DNA of 64,000 nucleotides, taken from contig NC_068981.1 in assembly GCF_001194135.2 (NCBI RefSeq), positions 26,013,457 through 26,077,456 of the forward strand, written 5' to 3'. The translations under genes and the position numbers were made by a program. Below are positions 53,041 to 64,000 of the stretch, in pieces (the stretch's first letter is position 1; the number at the start of each line of letters is the position of its first letter). This stretch comes from Octopus bimaculoides (taxonomy: Eukaryota). The notes under the pieces were generated by a model. It did no database searches, was not told where the DNA came from, and was given only the letters and a program-made list of their open reading frames with translations.

Positions 53041-54557
53041 TACTAATTACCAATCCACAACGCTTTCTAATCTCCAACCGTTGTTATGCGCATGTATACT
53101 CATGCATGCACGTGCACGTGAGTACACATATGCACGCGACACTAATATGCATACATATGCACATATAAATGAATACGCATGCGTGGGTGTCTGTGTGTGC
53201 ATCTGTATGCATGTATGTGTGTGCGCGCGCATGCTCGTTCATGTGTGCATGTGTTGGCTGTGTGTGTGTGGACATGTACCTGCGCACCCATGTACAGATG
53301 CGCACGTTCGCATTAATATAGACATACACGCAAGACCATATGAGCGCGTCCACTCACAAACATATATATCTATATATTTGCACATAACGCCCCTTCAAAC
53401 TTTCACTCCAACAGCGCGACCGATTTCGTGTCCACCACGCTGTCGATTTCCTGTTCTTCACGCAGGATTTTCCAAATAACTGTTGTCGCTGAATGTATCA
53501 CTATCAAACCACAAACCGCGTTATCTTGCTCGACCAATCGCAGCCCATCTTACGGTAATAACAACAAACTTCTCTCATTTGATTCCAAAAGGGATGAAGA
53601 TTTGCACCACGCTGGAAACTCCGTGTACCATCGAGATTGTATCAAACTGTTTCATCCCTGCATAGTTATATGCATACATACATACATACATACATACATA
53701 CATACTTACATACATACATAAATGCATTATATATAAAAATATATATGCATGGAAATGCTCATGTATCAATGTTTAAAGACATGTATATATATATANNNNN
53801 NNNNNNNNNNNNNNNNNNNNNNNNNNNNNNNNNNNNNNNNNNNNNNNNNNNNNNNNNNNNNNNNNNNNNNNNNNNNNNNNNNNNNNNNNNNNNNNNNNNN
53901 NNNNNNNNNNNNNNNNNNNNNNNNNNNNNNNNNNNNNNNNNNNNNNNNNNNNNNNNNNNNNNNNNNNNNNNNNNNNNNNNNNNNNNNNNNNATATTATAC
54001 AAATAGTAAATGAGTATATGCATATATACGTACAGGTATGTGCATACCGACATCCACCTGTATGTATAGGTGCATATCTGGGCACAGGACATTGCAAACA
54101 AAACGTAGACGAGAAAACACACAAGCCACATCGAGAACATTCTACTTCATCAGTTACCCCCGTTTTAACACCGGCGTTTCGAAGAGCTGGGCAGGACGCA
54201 TCGTTAAAACGGCTCTTCCCATGGACCGCAAATTAAATGTGTATACACAAATTAAATCTTGCCATGGAGGAATGTAGTAGCGGACAAAAAAACAAGACAG
54301 TAAAACAAAAAGAAAAGGCTTTAAGGCCAGACGAGAAAAATTATGGGTGTATGAACGCTATATATATATATATATACATGTCTTTAAACATTGATACATG
54401 AGCATTTACATGCATATATATTTTTATATGCACGTATACATATACTTATATACATACACAACTTCACAGCTTGAAATATTGTGAGGGGGAGTGAAACTGT
54501 TATCACATATACATAATTCCAACCAAATATGTGGCCTTCTTTCACTTATTCACTCAC

Positions 54558-54657
<100 letters not shown>

Positions 54658-55010
54658 GCGTGTGTGTGTGTGTATGTGTGTGTGCGTGTGTATGTGTGTG
54701 TGTGTGTACGTGTGCACGTGTTCGTAGCCTGTTTCTACATACGCTAGTACATATATGTTCTACTAGAAACAAACGTGTCTAATTTACTACAATAAGGTTA
54801 TATATAACAACGATATTATATATATATCAAACTTGGTACACAAACACCGGTCGAATGATATTCTTGCAGTTTATGTAGACTATTAGACCCAAGCGATTGA
54901 AAAAATTCGCTCTTGAGCCATTCAGTCGTATATTATATTAAATATACGGTCGATAATATTGAAAGGCAGATTCCGAGACAATTGAAAAAAAACTACTCTT
55001 ACTCATACAT

Positions 55011-55060
<50 letters not shown>

Positions 55061-56451
55061 TTCAAAGATACAGAAAACAAAACAAAAAAAATACAAAAAC
55101 CGTTTAGGGATAACAGGCAGATCGGGAAAGAATGGAAGTCTGACGTTTTGAACCTACGCTATTCGGCCGAAAAACGATGAAAGGGAAAAAAATGGACAGA
55201 GAGAGGAGGAGGAGGAGGAGGAGGGGGAGCAGAGAGAGAGAGAGAGAGAGGAAGACGTGTCCTGTTTAACGGTTTAACATGACGAAACGACAGATATATA
55301 TTCGTTCGTACCTCAGTTTTTATTGACAATATTCTTAAGTGTCTCTCATTTCAAGAGAATATTACATTCTTATTTCTATTATTCTCTATTAATCCTCTTT
55401 TACCTTCCTCTTTCCCGTTAGTTTGTCTCTATATTTATTTTCCCTGGATCCTTAAAAGCTTAAGGGCCAGCCACCTTTTCTGAAACCGATTTGAATATAG
55501 TAACAACCCTTGCACTATCCCGGCTCTTATACTCAGTAGTAGTAATTTTGTAATTCTCTGTTTTGCACATAATATACTTAGAATAGTTTGCCATCTGTGC
55601 ATGATTTCTTTGATCCACCTGTTGCACTGAGTGGTTACTAGAATTGCTAGAAGTAGCAATCAATATATGAACCCAAATTATGAACAATCCGAACCAAGTA
55701 TATAGTCCAGGATTCACTTTTTAATATAAACGAGATTGACATGACTAGAAGGAATTTGATTATAATTCCACCCAGTGAGTGTAACTAAGAAGCAACAACA
55801 ATACGACGACGATGCCGACGACGCCGACGACGTCGACAGCAGACACACCGACCTGCTTCTTTCGGCTAGGTTACACAAAGCCAATGCTTACAGAAACTCG
55901 GAATAGGGAGCTCTGTCAAAATCAATCCATACAATTTCAAAACCCTACTTTCTCTTCCTACAATATTCGGATATGGCTTTGTTGATCAGTAATTGATCTT
56001 CACAACAATATAAGGCAGGCAGTATCCTTTATTTTCTTCTGGAAGTCAGTTGTTTTTTTCCAGGTCACTAGTTATCCTATGTAGTATTATTGCAGTTAAG
56101 GCTTTGTATATTGTAGACACGCAAGTTATGAATTTATAGTTTTGGGGGTTTGTTTTAAGTTCTTTTTATTTTTCTCCTGAAGTCATATTGATTAATATGG
56201 TTTCCTTCTCTGTGAGCCATTCATGTGTTCTTTCTAGCAGTTTCAATAAATCAATGAATATTTTTGCATGTAATTTTTGTGTGCTTATTAATATGTATAT
56301 GTATGTGCTACCGTGTGTATATGTGAAGGTATGCCTGTGTATATGTGTGCGTGTGTATATGTACGTAAGTGTACATGTATCTAAATATACAGGAGTATGT
56401 CTGTATGTATTTTGCACATGTATATATATACATATGTATATACATACATAC

Positions 56452-56495
<44 letters not shown>

Positions 56496-57171
56496 NNNNN
56501 NNNNNNNNNNNNNNNNNNNNNNNNNNNNNNNNNNNNNNNNNNNNNNNNNNNNNNNNNNNNNNNNNNNNNNNNNNNNNNNNNNNNNNNNNNNNNNNNNNNN
56601 NNNNNNNNNNNNNNNNNNNNNNNNNNNNNNNNNNNNNNNNNNNNNNNNNNNNNNNNNNNNNNNNNNNNNNNNNNNNNNNNNNNNNNNNNNNNNNNNNNNN
56701 NNNNNNNNNNNNNNNNNNNNNNNNNNNNTATATACGTACATTTTTGAATATTAAATATATTTTATATTTAAGTATGTTATTGTTGGGTTGTTATTGCTGG
56801 TGCTGTTACTATATAAAGAGTATGTGGAGCTCTAGTACGTTATATGTAAAAAGAATTCGATCATTTCTTAAAGTTTCGAGCTTCTTGATTTTTGTTTTTC
56901 TCTCTAAAGGCATTTCTTGCTGTTTGATTCATTTAAATTATCAGTTTAATAAAAGCCAATAAAACAATATTTCTTCTCAGACATTTGTAGTGCTTCACTC
57001 TCGCTCATCTTTTCTTTCTTTCCTTCCTTATTTTTTCTTTCTGCCTTTCTTTCTATCTTGCTTTCTTTCATTCTCTCTCTTTCTCTCTCTCTCTCTCTCT
57101 GTCTCTCATTCCACTCATCCATTTAACTCTCTTATCAATGTAATTCCTTTTTAATATTTTTTCTTCTGTAA

Positions 57172-57585
57172 GGCGGTGAGCTGGCAGAATCGTTAGCATG
57201 CCGGGCGAAATGCTTAATGGCATTTCGTCCGCCTTGGCGTTCTGAGTTCAAATTCCACCGGGGTTGATTTTGCAATTCCGCCTTTCGGGGTCGATAAATT
57301 AAGTATCAGTGAAACACTGGGTCGATGTAATCGACTAATCCCCTCCCACAAAATTTCAGGCCTGGTGCCTATAGTAGAAAGGGTTATTATAAAAAATTAA
57401 GAATTGTTAGCACACTGGGCAAAATGCTTAGCACTATTTCGTCCCCTTTTCATGTTCTGAGTTCAAATTACACCGATGTCGACATTGCCTTTCATCCTTT
57501 CGGGGTCGATAAAAATAAGTACCTGTTGAGTAGTGTAATCGACTTACCCCTCCCCAAATATTGCTGGCCTTGTACCAAAATTTCA
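57172..57585 (+). mobile_element. Two adjacent family 1 SINEs (57172-57385 and 57405-57585)
   Basis: Both carry GAAATGCTTA..GCATTTCGTCC, TTCTGAGTTCAAATT and CCTTTCGGGGTCGATAAA. Confidence 0.88.
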
Positions 57586-58570
57586 AGTCAGTACTTTCTC
57601 TTTCACAATATTCAAATATATGTTACTGCTTCTTTGTTCTTCATCCATTTAAGATCATTGAAGGAGGGAATACACCCAACAATAAGGATACGAGTGAAAT
57701 TACGGTTTATATTGTAAGATAAAATGTTTATAAAGATAGAGATGCTCAGTAGACGAGAGAAAGAGAAACGCAGAAAGAAAATGAAAACGGTAGTAACAAA
57801 ATCCGCATTGCTTCATATAGCTATGCGGTCTCCTATCAATCCCACATTTCCACTCATAGAGTGTAAAATGTCTATGGTAAAACTATTTTATTTTTCGTTG
57901 CATCACTGCGATTATTGATGGTTATCAAAATGGAAATATATTAAATTTAAAAATAAACATATACCGAGTGATGCATTCTGACTGAATTCTTCAATCAACG
58001 TTATTATCATACGCACTGTGAAGCAAAAAATAAATTGAGAAGTTTAGCTAAGTTCAAGTTTGTATGCGCCGTAAATAGTCACAAACGACTAAACATTTAG
58101 CCTTTGGTCCTACTTCAGTAAAATGAAATATATTGCCTACAGGTTAGAAACTCATCGAATCATACCCCGATTCACTGTCATTATTTTCCTCATTGAGGTT
58201 ATATTTTGTAATACTTCCGAAAAATGTACACATGTTAGTGAATTAGAGCCAAAGGAATAACATGGATTTCCTATGATTTGCAGCAAAGGAATAAAAAATA
58301 CACTCTGCTTTTCAAAATTATTGCATTAATATCTATATATCTCTCTTTTAGCTCCCCGTGGGCAATAAATAAATAAATATCTATACTTCTCAATGAGTGG
58401 TAAAGACATGTTTCTGAGAAATTTTCAAATGGAAAGCTGTAATATTTAATTTTTTTTTTTTTCTGCTTTACTAAATTTCATCATGGAAGTAAGTGGAACG
58501 AACTTTTCTTAACTGCTTGGATGTATTCAATTCGCCCTGAGTATTATCCGTTATCTGCTTCTCAAATTAC

Positions 58571-58631
58571 GGAAACATTGTTGGCGAGGTTTATGAAAGT
58601 CACTAAATTTTCTTTCATCTCGTCCAAAATA
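58571..58631 (-). CDS. Candidate coding exon (61 nt)
   Basis: Very strong acceptor (poly-T, CTAAC branch-like site, TTCAG) and a weaker donor TCC|GTAATT. The phase-2 frame reads ILDEMKENLVTFINLANNVS. Confidence 0.25.
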
Positions 58632-59524
58632 CTGAAGTTAGCAGAAAAAAAAAAATTATGGGAAATATTATACATACAGCCAGATGCAATAATATCGGCA
58701 AACGTAAGAGAAGGGGAATAATCATTCATGATATATATTGCTAATGTTAACTTCATTCACTTTCAAGTTATACCTGTTCGCTTATTCTTTTGTTCTTTTA
58801 TTTGTTTCAGTCATATGACTGCGGCCATGCTGGAGCATCACCTTCAGTCGAACAAATCAACCCCAGGATTATTCTTTGTAAGCCTAGTACTTATTCTATC
58901 GGTCTCTTTTGCCGAACACAACATCATCGGTTTTCAAGCAAGCTACTTACCACACAACCGCTCCTACGTCTATATTCATGTATCACACGTGTATGCATAA
59001 AGAGGCATTGCAAAAACAAACACACTCTTACACCCCACTATATATATATATATATAAAAGAACGCAGGCATGGCTGTGTGGTAAGAAACTTTCTTCAAAA
59101 TCTCATAATTCCGGGTTTAGTCAACACTGCGTGGCACCTTGAGTTAGTGTCTCTATCTTAGCTTACTGTTTCCGGCGCACCAATCATTATAGGCACTACC
59201 CTTACTGTTCGCATGCTCCAAATTATTCCTATTTTAAGGGGTTGCAATTTTTTAATTTTTTTTTTCATCCTCTTCCTTTACAATCATGGAATCCAACGGG
59301 TATGATGAGTCGATAAGCAAGCAAGTTCTCTTTCCTTGTCTATAATCGTTGTGTCTGGTCACAAAATCTTACATTACTCCGACTCCATTGAAACAAGCAC
59401 ACCAGATTGTTCATTTACAGAGACATGTGATAGAGAAAATGGGGAAGACAGAGAGAAAAAGAAAAGGAAAATATTAAAAAATAGAAAAGTAAACAAATAA
59501 AATAAAAGGTGAAAAGGAAAAGCC

Positions 59525-60000
59525 TCTCCTCTCAGACCACGACATGATACTCTGCAACTTTAATTTCCAGCATATCAAAACCAAACCAACCTATTCCACT
59601 CCATTGCAATTATTGAAGACATAAACTTCCACAAAGCGGACTGGGGGAGCAATCAGAAAGGATCTGTCTTTCATCGACTGGTCCTTCACTCTCAGTTCCA
59701 CTGAAAATGAGACCGTATGGCAGCACTTTCAGGACATTGTCACCTATACATGCTCAAAACACGCTCCTACGAAATCCACTAACAAAAACAGAAACCGGTT
59801 CCCTAGAGAGACAAAAACACTGATCAGGCACATCAAAAGACTTAGTAAGAAAATGAACCAATTAAATTCTTCCACATACAACATGCAATAACAATGAAAA
59901 GGCTGGAGTTGGAAAATGTTCATCTGTAGACCGACATGGAAACTTCCACTGAAAATCAAAGAGCTGCAGAGGAACAGTGAATACCCCACCCCACCCCACA
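59525..60000 (+). mobile_element. CR1/L2-type LINE fragment (end of APE endonuclease and linker)
   Basis: Reads LSDHDMILCNFNF (SDH motif), then NFHKADWGAIRKDLSFIDW and WQHFQDIVTYTCSKHAP. Confidence 0.65.
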
Positions 60001-60059
60001 AAAATCAAACAGAACCTAAAAGTGTTCTATATATATATATATAGTTCTCCGTAGGTGAT

Positions 60060-60342
60060 AACGGCGAAGAAATCAGGTGACACTACCAATGGACTAGCTA
60101 GCTTGTGATATTAAAGAGCAAGTGACTAGCCACCTCACCCATAACGCAATTCAGAGGAATAGCCAACGTGACACGGAATGTGAACAGGTTTCCCCTCTGA
60201 ATCACTGGTACTACAAATTTTTTTGTTAGCTGTTTAGACTGGATCAACGTAACACAAAGTGTCTCGCATAACGACACACGCCCTGACGAGAATAGAACAC
60301 TCGACATTACGATTGTGAGTCTAACATCCTAACCACTAGGCA
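60060..60342 (-). mobile_element. tRNA-headed SINE, family 3 (related older pieces at 4290-4570 and 45255-45420, both minus)
   Basis: The minus strand begins GCCTAGTGGTTAGGATGTTAGACTCACAATCGTAATG, a tRNA-like head with a degenerate B box. The body is unrelated to families 1 and 2. Confidence 0.6.
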
Positions 60343-60499
60343 GAGCCCCTTCTCTCTCGCTCTCTCTCTCTCCGTATATATNNNNNNNNNNNNNNNNNNN
60401 NNNNNNNNNNNNNNNNNNNNNNNNNNNNNNNNNNNNNNNNNNNNNNNNNNNNNNNNNNNNNNNNNNNNNATATATATATATATACATATATACCTACAT

Positions 60500-60556
<57 letters not shown>

Positions 60557-61447
60557 CAGAAAAGGTTACTTTCTAGATCTGTAATGTGAACTGTAAGCAC
60601 TGTGTATTGGTACAATTATGGTATTCCCAGAAGCATAGTCCATCAATTGTGTTAAATAACTCAGATATAAAAGTCCGAGTAAGAATGTTGTAAACTATAC
60701 CACGAGACTCACACACACAATCACCTACACACGCACATACACACACAAAATCACATACGCAGATAAACACACACACACTGTCACAAACAGAGTCAGCCCC
60801 ACCCTTTCACACACACATATACATACACAGAAACGTATATGTAATGAATTCTCTCGATAGGAACGATTTACGTGTGTCCAGTTGTTCGATCAACAGTATG
60901 CTTTCATCATCGCATTAGCACAGAAATTATATTAATCTTTAACAGATATGTATTGTCTCGACGAAGTTAACAGTGTCACGCCTTTGTTCGACACGAGCAA
61001 ATGGCACATAAATACATACAAACGTACACAATCATATCTGTGAATATGTGTGCACGCGCTCTCGTGTATAAATATATCACAGAATTTGTGCTTATGAAAT
61101 ATTTGTTCATTAACTGTAGTAATAATCGCATTTAATTAGCTGAGTATTTTCAGACACGGGTACCCTAATGTAATTGTTAAGACGTATGATAGCGACGTTG
61201 TGTGAAAAGGCTCTGCTTTTGAATTACAATTCATCCCGACAGGATTCCATATAGTTTTCTACCCAATTTCTGTCCAATTTCATTTACTAATCAAAGACTA
61301 ATAAAGATGGCAAAGTAAAGTGTCATGCAATGCGATCGAAACCAATACCTACTGAATGATACGAAGGTTTCAAATACTCAACCGTACTGCATCTAAACGT
61401 AGACATACACACACATATACACATATACACATACATATATACTTATA

Positions 61448-61965
61448 GGCGCAGGAGTGGCTGTGCGTAAGATGTCTACTCCCAAACTACATGGTTCCGG
61501 TTTCAGTCTCAATGCGTGGCAACTTAGGCATGCAACGTCTGCTAAAGCCACGGTTTGACCGAAGTCTTATGAGTGAATTTGGTAGACGCAAATTGAAAAG
61601 AAAACTTGTCGCATCTATAAATATATCTGTGTGTGTGTGCGTGTGAGTGTGTGTATGTGTGCGTGTGTGTATGTGTGCGTGTGTGTGTGTATGTGCGCGT
61701 GTGTGTGTGTGTCCTTCCTTGTGTTTGTTTTTGTTCCCCATCACCTCTTGACAACCGTTGTTGGTGTGTTACCGACAACGTATTTAATAGAAACAGCGTG
61801 TTACCGTTTCTCTTACATAGCCGTTCAGCAAAACAAAAACTAAAACTGATAGACTTAGTACATGACATTAAAAAAGAGAATAAGAACCAAAATCAATTCG
61901 TCCGTTTTAAATTCTGAAAGGCAATGCACCAGCATGGCCGCAATTTAGGGACTTAAGTAAAAGAA
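61448..61965 (+). mobile_element. tRNA-derived SINE, family 2 (bipartite, with internal TA/TG microsatellite)
   Basis: GGCGCAGGAGTGGCTGTG head, B-box-like GGTTCCGGTTTCAGTC, GCAACTTAGGCA core, internal (TG)n, and a 3' end CCAGCATGGCCGCA..AAGTAAAAG. Confidence 0.85.
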
Positions 61966-62825
61966 AAGAAAAGAGAAAATATATATGCATATATATTATT
62001 CTATGACAGTTTGATAAGTAACTTAAGCCTGAAGAGCTAGGTTAGTTTCGCGAGCCGTAGAAACATCGAGTTGCATCTATACTAATCAAACAGTATATAT
62101 ATATATATATACATNNNNNNNNNNNNNNNNNNNNNNNNNNNNNNNNNNNNNNNNNNNNNNNNNNNNNNNNNNNNNNNNNNNNNNNNNNNNNNNNNNNNNN
62201 NNNNNNNNNNNNNNNNNNNNNNNNNNNNNNNNNNNNNNNNNNNNNNNNNNNNNNNNNNNNNNNNNNNNNNNNNNNNNNNNNNNNNNNNNNNNNNNNNNNN
62301 NNNNNNNNNNNNNNNNNNNNNNNNNNNNNNNNNNNNNNNNNNNNNNNNNNNNNNNNNNNNNNNNNNNNNNNNNNNNNNNNNNNNNNNNNNNNNNNNNNNN
62401 NNNNNNNNNNNNNNNNNNNNNNNNNNNNNNNNNNNNNNNNNNNNNNNNNNNNNNNNNNNNNNNNNNNNNNNNNNNNNNNNNNNNNNNNNNNNNNNNNNNN
62501 NNNNNNNNNNNNNNNNNNNNNNNNNNNNNNNNNNNNNNNNNNNNNNNNNNNNNNNNNNNNNNNNNNNNNNNNNNNNNNNNNNNNNNNNNNNNNNNNNNNN
62601 NNNNNNNNNNNNNNNNNNNNNNNNNNNNNNNNNNNNNNNNNNNNNNNNNNNNNNNNNNNNNNNNNNNNNNNNNNNNNNNNNNNNNNNNNNNNNNNNNNNN
62701 NNNNNNNNNNNNNNNNNNNNNNNNNNNNNNNNNNNNNNNNNNNNNNNNNNNNNNNNNNNNNNNNNNNNNNNNNNNNNNNNNNNNNNNNNNNNNNNNNNNN
62801 NNNNNNNNNNNNNNNNNNNNNNNNN

Positions 62826-62856
<31 letters not shown>

Positions 62857-64000
62857 TATAGATTATAATACATAACACATGCATACATATGTATATGCAT
62901 GTATTATGTACGTACAAGATTAATAAATAGATGTGACGAAGTGCATTTTACCGGTGACTGTGCAGCATTTTAATCGTTATGTAGCATTACATTATCAAAT
63001 AGATTCTAGATTCCCAAATACCGATGAATGTCAACGTTTCTTTGTTCAAAACATGAGACGTGAACGAAGATCCCACTTTTTTTCCCTTATATATCGGGCA
63101 ACCGCTCAAAGGCTTCCTTTTTGTTTGTACATACGGTAAAATTTGGAGGAGATAAAAATCTCCATATCAGAAATGTGTGTTTTGGTGGACACTGTTTAGT
63201 TACTAGCATTCACCTTTTGGAACTGCCAACAGGAAGCGTCGGACCATTGATTTCATAACATTTAAGAAGCTAATATCGCTGGTCTCTCTTATCAGAATGT
63301 TCAATGATGGAAAATAAAAGACTACATATTTGTCAATGCATCCTACGATCATTATTTACAAACACAGAAAGATAGACCGTTAGACATGTATGTACATAAG
63401 TATTTATATGGTCATAGACATTTCAATCGTATCTTTATATACAGTTTTGATCTTCAGATGTTCGAAATGAAAGAATAGTGGAAAATTTTTCACAAACAAA
63501 CCAAAAATTACTTCCATGTGAATGAAAAGATAAAAAAAAATATGATTATAAAATATACGTTAAAATTAAGCTGTCTGAAAAGGCGTTTGATCTGTTAAAA
63601 GAACTAAGCTGAGAGTAAATTATATATATATATATATATACATACGCAAGCACTCATACAAGCTCAAACACAAATTCTCTCATGCCTTTATTCTCATTCA
63701 TACATAAATATACATTACATAACTGAATAAATATGCGCGTATATATATATATATGTATATATACATATGTAGATATATGCATATATTTTCTTTTATTCTT
63801 TTACTTATTTCAGTTATTTGACTACGGCCATGCTAGAGCACCGCCTTTAGTCGAGCAAATCGACCCAAGGCTTTATTCTTTGTAAGCCAAGTCATTATTC
63901 TCTTGATCTTTCTTGCCGAATCGCTAAGTTACGGGGACGTAAATGCACCAACATTGATTGTCAAGCGATGTTGGGGGACAAACACACACACACACACACA

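Overview
AT-rich, microsatellite-saturated animal genomic DNA from a gapped short-read assembly. There are 13 N-runs, most abutting (TA)n. The repeat content (tRNA-headed SINEs, R4/Dong, RTE, CR1-type and Penelope retroelement remnants, mariner relics) points to a coleoid cephalopod, probably Octopus; this is inference. I found no intact, recognisable protein-coding gene, rRNA, tRNA gene or CRISPR array. Nearly all ORFs in the supplied track are simple-repeat, N-gap or chance frames. Best-supported structures: (1) a 4.7-kb head-to-tail nest of restriction-like-endonuclease (R4/Dong) retroelements in (TAA)n arrays at 7.45-12.13 kb, two members carrying tandem reiterations exactly at their 5' junctions; (2) a mariner derivative built from two left ends; (3) a 176-bp solo LTR with a 5-bp TSD; (4) several fold-back or inverted-repeat units; (5) a (TA)n-associated repeat present three times; (6) a tentative chain of phase-compatible minus-strand exons that may belong to a large-intron gene I cannot name. 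No clearly novel system is demonstrable from the sequence alone.
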